Notes: generated from the sequence alone by a model not told the origin. A stretch of DNA of 64,000 nt from Steroidobacteraceae bacterium (GCA_025451845.1 JANWJS010000028.1:28189-92188), one strand, 5' to 3'. Shown: positions 1-10,118, numbered from the stretch's first letter. Numbers and translations: made by a program.

Positions 1-378
1 GATGACTCGCAGGGTCCCCCGCCGCTCGTGCAACTGACACGCAATGGCTGGAGCAATCCCACGGGATTGCCGCGCCCGGAGCTGGAGCGGGTCGCGTATG
101 CTCTCGACAATGGCACGCTGGTGCGTGAGCACTGGAACGTGCTCGATCGAACGCTGGCCAGCGCACCGGTCAAGCGCAATCTCCTGAAGCATGTCCGCAG
201 CGTGTCGTTCCGCTACATGTCACTTACGCGCTCCTGGACCGACACTTGGCCGCCGGTCACCGTGAGCGCCCAGGGTGTCCAGGACTCTGCCTACCGCATG
301 CGCCCTCTGGCAGTGGAAGTGACTCTGGATACCCAAGCGTGGGGGAAGATCGTGCGCATTTTCGAGACTGCCAATTGA
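1..378 (+). CDS. gspJ: Type II secretion minor pseudopilin GspJ, C-terminal part (5' end lies outside the window)
   Basis: Frame 1 is open from base 1 to TGA 376-378. The tail (...ELERVAYALDNGTLVREHWNVLDR...SWTDTWPP...) resembles the GspJ C-terminus and sits directly upstream of gspK-L-M-N. Confidence 0.7.
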   Translation, partial: DDSQGPPPLVQLTRNGWSNPTGLPRPELERVAYALDNGTLVREHWNVLDRTLASAPVKRNLLKHVRSVSFRYMSLTRSWTDTWPPVTVSAQGVQDSAYRMRPLAVEVTLDTQAWGKIVRIFETAN

Positions 379-380
379 AC

Positions 381-1436
381 ATGTCTCGCGCTCGCCCGCT
401 TCCCCCCCCCCGCCGCCTGAACGGCGGGGTCTCGGCGCGCCGCCGTCAGCGCGGCGTGGCGCTCCTCGTCGCCATTCTGCTCGTTGCCCTCGGCACCATC
501 ATCGCCGCGACGATGGCCTACAACAATGCGATGACGGCACGGCGTGCCGCCGCGACATTCGAATTCGATCAGGCAGTGCTCGCCGCCGAGGGCGCGGAAG
601 CGTTCGCGGCCTACGGACTGCAGCAACAGTTCAAACAGAACCAGCAACAGAACCCGGCATATACTTATCCCGGCCAGGGCTGGGGCCAGGCCATGGGCCC
701 GACTCAGGTAACACCTGGTGTGATGCTCGAGGGCTCTCTGCAAGACCTCCAGGGGCGGTTCAATGTCAACGACCTGGTCGGCACGGATGGCGAGACACCC
801 AACACGGTCGCAATCAAGGCGTTCCAGCAGCTTCTGCAACTGCTGGGCATGGATCCCAAATGGGCCGACTACATCGTCGACTGGATCGATAAGGATACCA
901 ATCCCATGTTTCCTGACGGCGCGGAGGACAGCGTCTACATGGAAATGAATCCGCCTTACCGCACGCCCAACCTGCCGATCAGCAGCACGAGCGAGCTGCT
1001 GGCGCTGCCGGGCTTCACCCGGGCGGACTTCGACAGGCTGTCGCCCTACATCGTCGCGCTGCCCCCGGGTGTCTTGACTCCCATCAATACCTGCTCGGCC
1101 TCTCCTTACGTGCTCGATGCGCTCATCGGGCACGTGCAGTTCAGTGCGGATCCGAAGCAGTTCGAGAAGGACCGTCAGGATTCCGGCACTTGCTTCCCGA
1201 CGCCTGCACAGGTGATCCAGGCGGCCGGTGATGTACAGGCACAGAATGGAAATCCCACACCAGGCACTCCCGGCACGACTCAGACCCTCGCCACCCTGCT
1301 GGGCGGGAAATCGAGCTGGTTCCGCCTGACCACCTTCGTCACCCTCGGCAACGCCGAATTCTCGGTCTATACCCTGCTCTATCAGGACCCGACCGGGATG
1401 GTTCGCCCGGTCATGCGCAGCTTCACGCCCGACTGA
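381..1436 (+). CDS. gspK: Type II secretion minor pseudopilin GspK
   Basis: ATG 381 lies just after the gspJ stop. The N-terminus MSRARPL...RQRGVALLVAILLVALGTIIA is the typical GspK anchor. The track start at 246 overlaps gspJ and is rejected. Confidence 0.8.
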   Translation: MSRARPLPPPRRLNGGVSARRRQRGVALLVAILLVALGTIIAATMAYNNAMTARRAAATFEFDQAVLAAEGAEAFAAYGLQQQFKQNQQQNPAYTYPGQGWGQAMGPTQVTPGVMLEGSLQDLQGRFNVNDLVGTDGETPNTVAIKAFQQLLQLLGMDPKWADYIVDWIDKDTNPMFPDGAEDSVYMEMNPPYRTPNLPISSTSELLALPGFTRADFDRLSPYIVALPPGVLTPINTCSASPYVLDALIGHVQFSADPKQFEKDRQDSGTCFPTPAQVIQAAGDVQAQNGNPTPGTPGTTQTLATLLGGKSSWFRLTTFVTLGNAEFSVYTLLYQDPTGMVRPVMRSFTPD

Positions 1437-1462
1437 GGCGGCCGCTGCTAGTATGCGCGACC

Positions 1463-2707
1463 ATGGCTGACTGGCTCCTCCTCAGGCTCCCGCGCACCCC
1501 GCAAGAGCAGCCGACCTGGCTCGTGGTCGATGGCCGCGGGGCCGCCGCCGGCCCGCCCCAGGGGGGCCCGCTGTCGCTCGCCGCGCCGCGCGCGGCGGGG
1601 CGGCACGTCGTCGTGCTGGTGCCGGCAGCCGACGTGCTGTTGGCCCAGCCCGAGCTGCCCCCCGCCAAGGCAGGCGCCAAGCTGCAGCAGCTCGTGCCCT
1701 ACGCGCTCGAGGAGCAACTCGCCGAGGACATCGAGGATCTGCATTTCGCTATCGGCCGCCGCCAGGGTGAGGCGACCCGCGTCCCCGTCGCAGTCGTGGC
1801 CCGCAAGCTCATGGCCGAGTGGACCACCCTCCTCAAATCGAGCGGCCTGGAGCCCGAGGCGCTGTACGCCGACAGCGAGCTGCTGCCGCAGAACCCGGGT
1901 CAGGCCGTGGCCCTCCTGGAGGAGGATGCAGTCATCGTGCGTCCGCCGTCTGGAAATGTGGTGACGCTGCCTGCCGACGCCCTCGGGGAGGCGCTCGAAC
2001 TCGCCCTCTCCGGCGTCGAGCCCGGGACGCCGGGTGGCCGGGGGCTCATCCTCTACACGGGTGCGGCGGAATGGCACCGTCACTCCGCCACGGTGGAGGC
2101 GGCGCGCGAGCACTTCGAGGGCATCCAGATTCAGCTGCTCACCGGCGGACCGCTTGCGCTCTTCGCGCAGCAGCTCCCCACGGCGACACCGACCAATCTC
2201 CTGCAAGGCCCCTACGCACCGATCGCCACGCATCCGGTGGGCTGGAGCGCCTGGCGGGTGGCGGCCCTGCTGCTCGCGGGCTTCATCGGCCTGCACGTTG
2301 CCGGCAAGGCTGCTGAGCTCAGCGTCCTCAAGCACGCGGATCACCGGCTCGACGCCTCGATCGAGCAGGTGTTTCACATGGCGATGCCGGGCCAGCCCGA
2401 CACCTATGAGGCGCGGCGGCAGATGGAGCAGCGCCTGGCCGCGGCGCGCGCGAGTCAGGCCGCCGGCCAGTTCCTCCAGGCGCTGCAAGCGCTCGTGCAG
2501 GCACACCAGGCCGCCCCCGAAGCAGTGCTCGAAGCGCTGAGCTTTCACGACGGCGCGCTCGAGCTCAAGGCATCGGCACCCAGCGTCGAGTCACTGGATC
2601 GTCTGAGCCGCCAGCTGACCCAGCAAGGGTGGCAGGCGCACCTCACCGCGGGCAGTCCGAAGGGCTCGGCGTATGAGGGCAACATCCAGATGTCTCCGGG
2701 AAGCTGA
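1463..2707 (+). CDS. gspL: Type II secretion protein GspL
   Basis: 414-aa ORF between gspK and gspM. It has a cytoplasmic domain followed by a single TM segment (WRVAALLLAGFIGLHV), the GspL architecture. Confidence 0.75.
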   Translation: MADWLLLRLPRTPQEQPTWLVVDGRGAAAGPPQGGPLSLAAPRAAGRHVVVLVPAADVLLAQPELPPAKAGAKLQQLVPYALEEQLAEDIEDLHFAIGRRQGEATRVPVAVVARKLMAEWTTLLKSSGLEPEALYADSELLPQNPGQAVALLEEDAVIVRPPSGNVVTLPADALGEALELALSGVEPGTPGGRGLILYTGAAEWHRHSATVEAAREHFEGIQIQLLTGGPLALFAQQLPTATPTNLLQGPYAPIATHPVGWSAWRVAALLLAGFIGLHVAGKAAELSVLKHADHRLDASIEQVFHMAMPGQPDTYEARRQMEQRLAAARASQAAGQFLQALQALVQAHQAAPEAVLEALSFHDGALELKASAPSVESLDRLSRQLTQQGWQAHLTAGSPKGSAYEGNIQMSPGS

Positions 2708-2708
2708 C

Positions 2709-3194
2709 ATGGCGCGCGCGCTGGATCTGTCCTCCTCACTGGCATCCCTCTCACCTCGGGACCGCCGCACGCTCCTCATCGGCGGGGCGGCCGCCGCCAT
2801 CCTATTCCTGCTCGCCGTCATCCTGCCGCTCGACCACAGCGTCTCGCGTCTGCATGACCAGGTGACGCAGAAACAGGCGGATCTCGTGTGGATGCGCAGG
2901 GTTGCGCCTGAGATCGCGGCGGCTGGACCGGTGCGCAATACTTCGGGTGAGTCGCTCATCGTGATCATCGATCAGTCGGCGCGCGAATCCGGACTCGGCG
3001 CCGCGCTCACCGGCAGCCAGCCGAGCGGCCGCGGGGACCTGAGCGTCCAGTTGGAGAAGGCGCCGTTCGATGCCGTGGTCGGGTGGCTCGCGCGCCTGAG
3101 CCAGCAGAACGGCGTGCAGATCGAGAGCGCCACCATCGACAGCGCCGGGGAGCCCGGCACCGTCAACGCCTCCCTGGTCCTGAAGAGCCCCTAA
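2709..3194 (+). CDS. gspM: Type II secretion protein GspM
   Basis: ATG 2709 lies 1 nt after the gspL TGA (2705-2707). About 160 aa with an N-terminal TM (LLIGGAAAAILFLLAVILPL). Size and position fit GspM. Confidence 0.7.
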   Translation: MARALDLSSSLASLSPRDRRTLLIGGAAAAILFLLAVILPLDHSVSRLHDQVTQKQADLVWMRRVAPEIAAAGPVRNTSGESLIVIIDQSARESGLGAALTGSQPSGRGDLSVQLEKAPFDAVVGWLARLSQQNGVQIESATIDSAGEPGTVNASLVLKSP

Positions 3195-3211
3195 CAAGAT
3201 CCGCTCGGCGC

Positions 3212-3952
3212 ATGAAGCGGACCGTGACCGTCATCGTCCTGGGTGTCGTGGCTTTTGCCGCGATCCTGCTCGCGCGCCTGCCTGCGAGCTGGCTCCTGCC
3301 CCGCGGCAATGCGAATTTCAGCTGCGCGAGCGTGGAGGGCTCCCTCTGGAGCGGCTATTGCAGCGGGCTCACGGTGCGCGGCGCCGCGCTGGGGGATCTG
3401 ACCTGGCAGTTGCGCCCCTCCCGATTGCTCGTCGGCAAGCTCGCGGCGCACGTCGATCTCGAGCACCCGCCTGCGGCTTCCGCCAAGGGCGATATCGAAA
3501 TGAGCCTCGGCGGCACCGTCGTCGCACGCAATCTGACAGCCTCGCTGCCTCTCGATCCGACGCTCCTTGCGGCTGTGCCGCCCACTCTGACCGGCACGTT
3601 GTACCTCGACCTTGCGCTGGCGAGAGTGACAGGCAAGGGTGTCGTCAGCGACCTGCAAGGCCGCATCGAGGCGCACGATCTCGTCGACCACAGCGGCTAC
3701 GTCACGCCGCTCGGCAATTTCGCCGTGACCTTCCCCGGGGGCGGCTCGCAACCGACCGGCACCTTACAGGACATCGGCGGTCCGCTCGCCGTTGCGGGGC
3801 AGCTCGTGCTCACGCCACAGCCCGGATACGACCTGTCAGGCTATGTGACACCGCGTGCCAGCGCGACTCAGGCCCTCGTCAACGCCATCGAGATTCTGGG
3901 GTCCCCTGACGCGCAGGGACGTCGCCCGTTCGGGATGTCAGGAACCTATTAA
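3212..3952 (+). CDS. gspN: Type II secretion protein GspN
   Basis: ATG 3212. N-terminal anchor MKRTVTVIVLGVVAFAAILLARLP. Last gene of the T2SS block, followed by a convergent gene. Confidence 0.65.
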   Translation: MKRTVTVIVLGVVAFAAILLARLPASWLLPRGNANFSCASVEGSLWSGYCSGLTVRGAALGDLTWQLRPSRLLVGKLAAHVDLEHPPAASAKGDIEMSLGGTVVARNLTASLPLDPTLLAAVPPTLTGTLYLDLALARVTGKGVVSDLQGRIEAHDLVDHSGYVTPLGNFAVTFPGGGSQPTGTLQDIGGPLAVAGQLVLTPQPGYDLSGYVTPRASATQALVNAIEILGSPDAQGRRPFGMSGTY

Positions 3953-4087
3953 GCGCCGGATCCGGGCTCCTGCACGGCCGAGCGCGCCTCGTGCAAAAAA
4001 GCGCGTTTTCCCCGAGGCTCCGCCACCTGCGGCGGCGGGGCACATTGCACTGCGCATTCCTGTTTCGCGCAAGCCCGGGTGGGGCCA

Positions 4088-7000
4088 CTACTGACACTCG
4101 CGAAAGATGCCGAGCAGCGGAAAATAGAGCGCCGCCCGCACCGGCTCCGGCCCCAACGCCCCGGCGAGCGCCGCATACTTTTCCAGCTGTCCGCGATAGC
4201 GCTCGAGCTCCCGGTTGATGAAGTCCTCGAGCCGGCCGCCTTCGTGTGGACTGGTCTTGAAATCGATGACCCAGCGCGTGCCGCTTCCGTCGACGAACGA
4301 GCGATCGATCATGACGTTCGTCAGCCTGCCGTCTGCGATCCCGGTGAGGGCAAGCTCGCTGCCTGCCTCGCGATGGTCAGGCGAGAGAATCCAACGCCCT
4401 CTTTCGTCCTCGACGGTCCGGCTCAACGCCTCGACAACGTCCGCCGCGGCGCGTCCGAGATCGCGCTCCGGCACGCCGAGGCGATGGAGTTGCTCGCGGT
4501 AGAGCCCGGCCCGGGACTCGAGCTGCTTGCGCGCCGGCAGCTCGTCAGCCGCGGCGAAGGCCTGCAGGGCTGCATGGACCACAGTGCCGATATGACGCCG
4601 CGTCTCGCCTGCCCAACTGAACTCGAGCGTCTCGAGCGAGCGCTGCGCGAGCGGCAGCCGCGTGAGCTGCGGGGCGGAAGGAAGCTCCGCTGGAGCCCAG
4701 TCGGGCGCCAGCCGGCGCAGTACGCGCCGCATCTGCGAGCCGGCAAAGAGCTCGAGTTGGATGTCGCTCGAGCTGGAGGATGCAACGTCCGCCCGATGCG
4801 CCTGGAAGGCTTCCGCAAGCGCAGGCCAGAGAGAACCGAGCAGCGTCCTCCAGCGGGGCATCACCTGCCCGTCCGCCCGGGGCGCGGGAGAGGCATAGAG
4901 GTGAAGCGTCCTTTTCGCGCGCGTAGCCGCCACATAGAGAAGTCTCACCTGCTCGTTGGCCGCGCGAAGTGCCGTGAGACGCTTCAGAAAGGCGTTGACG
5001 TCCCCCGGCTCCCCGTCGCCGATGACCGGCGCCGGCGCCATGACGAGATCACTGCGTTCCGCCTCCGTACGCGGCAGATCGAGCCAACGCAGCAACGGCT
5101 CGCGTCCGTGATTGCGCTGGCGATCGAGGCACGGCACCAGCACATGATCGAACTCGAGGCCCTTGGCGCCATGGATCGTCAGGACCTGCACCGGCGCGGC
5201 GGTGCGCGCCTGCGGCTGTGCATAGAGGTTCGCCAAAACGGAATCGAGCGTCCCGATCCCACTCCACTCTCCTGATGCGGTGCGCTCACTCACCGCGTCG
5301 AAGAAAGCGCGCGCGTGCCGCAACTCCTCGGCCGGGTACGCGTCCGCGGCGCCGAGGTCCATCCACACATCCTCCAGCCAATCCGCAAGCGCAGCCTGAT
5401 CGCGCCGCGCGAGGCCCTCTTCGAGCACCCGCGTGACGCGCTCGAGCCGCACGCGCTCCTCCGCCCGACACGCCTCGAGGCGATCGGTCTCGCGCAATGC
5501 CTCGTAGACGAGGCGCGAGTCTCCGCGAGCCGAGAGCCGCGTCAGCGTCGCAAGCGATACCCCGCACCACGGAGCCCGGAGCACCGCAAGCCACGCGGTA
5601 CGATCGCCGAGGTGGCACAGCGCGCGCGTGAGCGCGACGAGGTCGCGCACGACGGGCACCTCGGCGAGCGGCACCAGCTCGACACCGATCGTGTCGATTC
5701 CGGCATCGCCCAGCTCCGCGACAACGGCTTGCGCGTGCGACCGAGCCGCTACCAGGATCGCGATGCTGGCCTGCGGTGCGGACGCCTTCAGATCCGCGAC
5801 TCTGGCCACGATCGCCTCGGTCTCCGCCACGCGGTCGTCGCCGGCAAGCAGGCGCAGCTCCACGGGATGAGCCGCGCTCGCCGGCTCGCCGCTCTGGCCG
5901 GCGAGGCTCGGCGTGAAAGCGACGGCGCTCGCGCGCAGATCGTCGGCTGGCGGGAAGAGCCGGCCGAAGGTCTCGTTGGTCCATGCGATGAGCGCGGGCA
6001 CCGAGCGGAAATTGCGCAAGAGGCGCAGCGGCGTCAGGCGCACGGTACCGATGCCGACATCCCGCGCGCGCAGGAAACAGCCGACCTCCGCCTCGCGAAA
6101 CTGATAGATCGATTGCATCGGATCGCCCACGACGAAAAGCGTGCGCCCGTCGCCCGGCTCCCATCCCGCGGTCAGGGCTTCGAGCAGCTCGAGCTGCGCG
6201 ACGGAGGTGTCCTGGAACTCGTCGACCAGAATGTGGCGCAGAGACAGACCGGTCCGCAGCGCCAGATCGGTCGGCAGGCCGGCCTCCGCAAGCGCCGCCC
6301 GCGCGGCGCCGGCGATGTAGGTGTGATCCACACGGCCCTCGAGCGCGAACAGCGCCTGCAATTGCGCGGCCGCTGCGCGCAGTACTCGCGAGAGGGCCGC
6401 GAGAGCCGCGGCGTCGTCCGTGCCGAGATCCGGACTGGGCAGCTGTGCGACCTCGAGGAGCGTCTCGCGGCCCGCCGGCAGCGCACTCAAGCGCTCGATG
6501 CAGGCTCGCAACGCCTCCTTGCCGGCGCCGTTCTCGAATCCCGCGCCCAGCCTGCGGTCGATCGCCCGGCGCCAGTCACGGTCTTTGGTGAAGACCAGCC
6601 GCGCCAGAGTCTTCCAAGACTCGAGGCAGCGTCCTTGGCTCTCGAGCTGGCCCACACCGGGCAGGCGCGCCGCCTGGGCACAGGCATCGAGACCCAGCGA
6701 CCGCCGGGCGACGCGGAGGCGATCCTCCACGATGCGCTCGAGACTGGCCGAAACGCGCCGGCAGAGGGCGTCCGGATCTTGACTCAACACGTGCGGCAGC
6801 CAATGTGCGCGTTGCCGCAGCATGTCGGCGAGCAGGCGCTCGACATGGCCCCAGCGGTTGTCGAGCCGCTCGAACAGGAGCTCCAGGTCCGCGGAGAGCT
6901 CCGCGTCCTCTTCCGCGGCGAGCAGTGTCTGGCGCGCAGCCAACAGGTAGAGCTCCTCCGGACGGGAGCTGACCGCGAGCTCGCTTCCGGCCCGGGCGGT

Positions 7001-7414
7001 GACGGGCAGCTGACTGGCGAGGCGGAAGTTGAAGGAGTCGATGGTCTGGATGCGCAGCCGGCCCGGATCCTGCGCCAGGCGCCAGTCTCGGGCCTGTGAG
7101 CGCTGCAGCGCCGCCGCCGCAAGCTGTCGCAGGCCCTCGCCTTGTGCATCGTCAGGAATATCCCCCCGCAGCGCCCGCAGAACGCGGGCACGCATCTCCG
7201 CGGCCGCGCGCCGCGTGAAGGTGATCGCGAGAATCTCCTCCGGCTCATCGACCACCGCGAGCAGCCGCAACAGGCGTTGCGTCAGGACCGTCGTCTTCCC
7301 CGATCCGGCCGGCGCCTGCAGGATCACCGACAGGGTCGGATCGATCGCACGCTCGCGCGCCACATCGTCGGCCTGAGCCGCCGCCACAACCTCCGGACTC
7401 GACGTGCTACTCAT
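4088..7414 (-). CDS. addA: AddA-type UvrD-family helicase with C-terminal PD-(D/E)XK nuclease
   Basis: Walker A in ...ILQAPAGSGKTTVL..., UvrD/Rep-like helicase core, and C-terminal nuclease motif ...GTRWVIDFKTS.... ATG 7414 (MSSTSSPEVV) overlaps the addB stop (7407-7409) by 8 nt. Confidence 0.85.
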   Translation of the reverse strand: MSSTSSPEVVAAAQADDVARERAIDPTLSVILQAPAGSGKTTVLTQRLLRLLAVVDEPEEILAITFTRRAAAEMRARVLRALRGDIPDDAQGEGLRQLAAAALQRSQARDWRLAQDPGRLRIQTIDSFNFRLASQLPVTARAGSELAVSSRPEELYLLAARQTLLAAEEDAELSADLELLFERLDNRWGHVERLLADMLRQRAHWLPHVLSQDPDALCRRVSASLERIVEDRLRVARRSLGLDACAQAARLPGVGQLESQGRCLESWKTLARLVFTKDRDWRRAIDRRLGAGFENGAGKEALRACIERLSALPAGRETLLEVAQLPSPDLGTDDAAALAALSRVLRAAAAQLQALFALEGRVDHTYIAGAARAALAEAGLPTDLALRTGLSLRHILVDEFQDTSVAQLELLEALTAGWEPGDGRTLFVVGDPMQSIYQFREAEVGCFLRARDVGIGTVRLTPLRLLRNFRSVPALIAWTNETFGRLFPPADDLRASAVAFTPSLAGQSGEPASAAHPVELRLLAGDDRVAETEAIVARVADLKASAPQASIAILVAARSHAQAVVAELGDAGIDTIGVELVPLAEVPVVRDLVALTRALCHLGDRTAWLAVLRAPWCGVSLATLTRLSARGDSRLVYEALRETDRLEACRAEERVRLERVTRVLEEGLARRDQAALADWLEDVWMDLGAADAYPAEELRHARAFFDAVSERTASGEWSGIGTLDSVLANLYAQPQARTAAPVQVLTIHGAKGLEFDHVLVPCLDRQRNHGREPLLRWLDLPRTEAERSDLVMAPAPVIGDGEPGDVNAFLKRLTALRAANEQVRLLYVAATRAKRTLHLYASPAPRADGQVMPRWRTLLGSLWPALAEAFQAHRADVASSSSSDIQLELFAGSQMRRVLRRLAPDWAPAELPSAPQLTRLPLAQRSLETLEFSWAGETRRHIGTVVHAALQAFAAADELPARKQLESRAGLYREQLHRLGVPERDLGRAAADVVEALSRTVEDERGRWILSPDHREAGSELALTGIADGRLTNVMIDRSFVDGSGTRWVIDFKTSPHEGGRLEDFINRELERYRGQLEKYAALAGALGPEPVRAALYFPLLGIFRECQ

Positions 7415-10088
7415 CGTCCATCCCCTGCGGGCCTTCCTCCAACGTGTCTTCATCGACAGCGATGAGGCTGTCGCCGACCCGGCACACGCTGGCTACATGG
7501 CAGAAGTCGCAGGCGTGCGGCTTCGGGTCAACTGCCGCCTGCCCGGCGGCGAAAGCGCCGGCCAACCGCTCCACCAGGCCGCGCCACTCCTGTACTCGCG
7601 CTTGCCATGCGCCCTGCGGCTGTCCCGCGGCAGCCTTCACACCCGCCACCTTGGGAAGCAGGCCCTCGCTGGCTGCGATGCCGTCGAATCTCACCTCTCT
7701 CGCCGTCACGTTGACGGTCGCCAGCGCCACAACGTCTTCCCCGACTGCCGCGAGGTACGCGAGGAGCTGCGGATGCGAAGGGCGGTCCCCATACCAATCG
7801 GGGCTGACTCGCCGGCCGCTCTTGTAGTCGAGGATCGCGAGGCCGCCGCTGGCGAGCGCATCGAGGCGATCGATGCGCAATCGCAGCTCCTGGCCCGCGA
7901 GGCGAAGGCGTGACGCATACTCGGTATGCCGTACGCGAAACGGCGCGCGCCCACGCTCGATGTCGAGCAGCTTGCGGATGAGGCGCGCGGTGCGGCGGCA
8001 TTCCCGCGCCAACGCCGGTCGCGGAATCGAGTCGCCACCCGTCGCAGCGAGCGTGGCGGCCGCATTCTCGAGACATGCGCCGATCAGCTCGTCGCGCGCC
8101 TGATCGGAGAGCGCCAGCAGCGCGCGCGAGTCGCCGAGCCCATCCCAGAGCTGCTGCAAAGCGCCGTGCAGGAGCTGGCCGCGCGCATCGGGCGCGATGC
8201 CCGGCTCCGGCACGCCGAGCTGCTGACTTCCCAGGCGCAGCTCCGCGTAAGCGCGGAACGGGCACTGGTTTTGCAACTCGAGGCTGCGCGTGCCCGAGGG
8301 CAGTGGGAGTTGAGAGCTCCAGGCGACACCCAGATCGTCCCGCCATTCCGTCAGCCAGCCCGGACGGTGCAGGCGCGCGGGCAGCCATATCGAGGCTCGT
8401 GTCCTGGAGGATGGCGGGGCGGGGGTCCGCCACTGCTCGAGCAGCGGGCTCGGCAACAGCTCGATGTCATCGGCGCGCGCCGGAGCGCTGAGCACCAACT
8501 CGGCGCCGGCCGCGCGCCAGGTTGCGAGCAGTGCCCGCGCTTCCTCCAGCCGGCCCGCGGCGCTGGCCGCCGGCCAGCCGGCCGCGGTCTGCGCCGGCAG
8601 CGGCAGAAACGGGTCGGGGGCGACCGGCTGGGGAAAGCTGTCCGCGTTGAGGCCGGCAACCCATACCCCGTCATACTGCACCGCCGGATCCATGTAGGCG
8701 GGGGAGATGGTCACCGCGGCATCGTCATCCGAGGGTCGGTACGGTGTCAGAAACGCTCTTTCCGTGAGCCACTGCACCGCAACATCCAAGGGCAGCGTCC
8801 GCGCCGTCAAAGAAAGCTGACCCAGCTCCTCGAGCAGCTCATGAAAGCGGGCCAGGGTCTGTTGCTCGGCGCTGCCGCGTGTCCCGGCCCCAGGCCAGCC
8901 CAGTACCTCCAGAGCTGCCGCGAACCTCTCCGACCACTCCCGCGGATTGCCGAAGCTCGCGCCGACGGCTCTTGCTGCCTGCTCGAGACGCTCGATGAGC
9001 ACACGCGCAGGCGCCGCCACGGCCGCCGGAGCACGCCGCAGCAGCGCGAGCAGGGCAGCGAGATCGACTCGCAGCCGTCCCTGCTCCCGCAGCCACAGAT
9101 CGAGGGCGGCGCGCTCCACCGCTCCCGGCTCAGCCCACCAGGGCGCCCGCAGCCACTCTAGGAGGCTCTCGATCCCCGCAGGCTCTGCGGCAAGCAGCGC
9201 CAGACTGGCGAGCGCATGCGCTACCAGGGCCAGGCGGGCAAGCGGTTGCCCGCCTTCGAGACCCAGCAGCGAGGGGCTCTCCAGGCGCGGGTCGACCGCC
9301 TGCCGGATCAGCGCGGCGAGCCGCTCCCTCCGGCCGGCCGATCCCGGCAGCAGGACGAGGAGACGGGCGTCTGCTTGCGCTGTCAGCCGCTGTTGGCACC
9401 ACTCGGCAATGCGCTCCAGCTCCTCACGCTCGTCCGCCGGCAACTCGACCCGCGGCGGCGCCAACATGCCGGCCTCCACTGCGGGCGCCCACGAGGTCTC
9501 GAAGCCGCGCTGCTCGCGGGCAGCGGCGATCGACCGCAGGCGGGGCGACGGCGTGAGGAAGCCTGCCAAAACAACAGGACGTGCATCACCTACGCTCGGC
9601 AGGCTGGAGAGAGCCGCCGGCAGCTGCGCGGCCCCCAGCGCCAGGCAGCGTTGCGTCACCGAGCGGTGCACCGCCGCCAACAGGTCCGCTTCCGTTCCGG
9701 AGGATTCGCCCGCTTGCGGGTCGAGGCGCAGTTCCGCGGCGAGGCCGCTCGCACGACGCAGCGACTCGGCGAGCGAGGCACGGTTGACGAGGTCCAGGTC
9801 GGCCGTGGCTTCAGCCGTACATTGCCGCCAGAGGAGCCACTCTTGCGCCGGAGCGAGCAGCCGCGGCACGCTGCGCCTGCTGTCGGTGTTGGCGGCGTAA
9901 CGCTCGACCTCACGCAGCAGCCAGCCTTCGAGCGGCAGCGCATCCGGGCTGCTCCATACTCGCTTGCCGGCCGCGAGCTGCGCGGCCGCGTGGGCCAATC
10001 TCAGTGCGTGCGCCCGTTGGCGTGACGGCACGACAACCGTGCCCCCGCGCTCGAGGACGACGCCAAGATGAAGCGGAATCTTCAGCAA
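7407..10088 (-). CDS. addB: AddB-type PD-(D/E)XK nuclease subunit with Fe-S cysteine cluster
   Basis: 893 aa with no Walker A. Nuclease motif ...GGLAILDYKSG.... Cysteines fit an AddB iron-staple: one in ...LQNQCPFRAY... plus C-terminal CDFCHVASVC. Translationally coupled to addA. Confidence 0.8.
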   Translation of the reverse strand: MLKIPLHLGVVLERGGTVVVPSRQRAHALRLAHAAAQLAAGKRVWSSPDALPLEGWLLREVERYAANTDSRRSVPRLLAPAQEWLLWRQCTAEATADLDLVNRASLAESLRRASGLAAELRLDPQAGESSGTEADLLAAVHRSVTQRCLALGAAQLPAALSSLPSVGDARPVVLAGFLTPSPRLRSIAAAREQRGFETSWAPAVEAGMLAPPRVELPADEREELERIAEWCQQRLTAQADARLLVLLPGSAGRRERLAALIRQAVDPRLESPSLLGLEGGQPLARLALVAHALASLALLAAEPAGIESLLEWLRAPWWAEPGAVERAALDLWLREQGRLRVDLAALLALLRRAPAAVAAPARVLIERLEQAARAVGASFGNPREWSERFAAALEVLGWPGAGTRGSAEQQTLARFHELLEELGQLSLTARTLPLDVAVQWLTERAFLTPYRPSDDDAAVTISPAYMDPAVQYDGVWVAGLNADSFPQPVAPDPFLPLPAQTAAGWPAASAAGRLEEARALLATWRAAGAELVLSAPARADDIELLPSPLLEQWRTPAPPSSRTRASIWLPARLHRPGWLTEWRDDLGVAWSSQLPLPSGTRSLELQNQCPFRAYAELRLGSQQLGVPEPGIAPDARGQLLHGALQQLWDGLGDSRALLALSDQARDELIGACLENAAATLAATGGDSIPRPALARECRRTARLIRKLLDIERGRAPFRVRHTEYASRLRLAGQELRLRIDRLDALASGGLAILDYKSGRRVSPDWYGDRPSHPQLLAYLAAVGEDVVALATVNVTAREVRFDGIAASEGLLPKVAGVKAAAGQPQGAWQARVQEWRGLVERLAGAFAAGQAAVDPKPHACDFCHVASVCRVGDSLIAVDEDTLEEGPQGMDDE

Positions 10089-10118
10089 TACAGCAAGTTA
10101 GCGCAACTTCCTGCGCTG

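Noticed and set aside
3953-4087. Possible bidirectional terminator between convergent gspN and addA (GCAAAAAAGCGCGTTTTCC and CCGCCACCTGCGGCGG).
   Set aside because: The stems are short (4-5 bp) and there is no convincing U-tract. Left uncalled.
5315-7099. 594-aa plus-strand ORF, together with many other plus-strand ORFs across 4079-10025.
   Set aside because: It lies entirely antisense to addA/addB, which carry clear helicase and nuclease motifs. Its Arg/Ala/Gly/Pro-rich translation has no recognisable domains. This is the typical shadow ORF of a high-GC genome.
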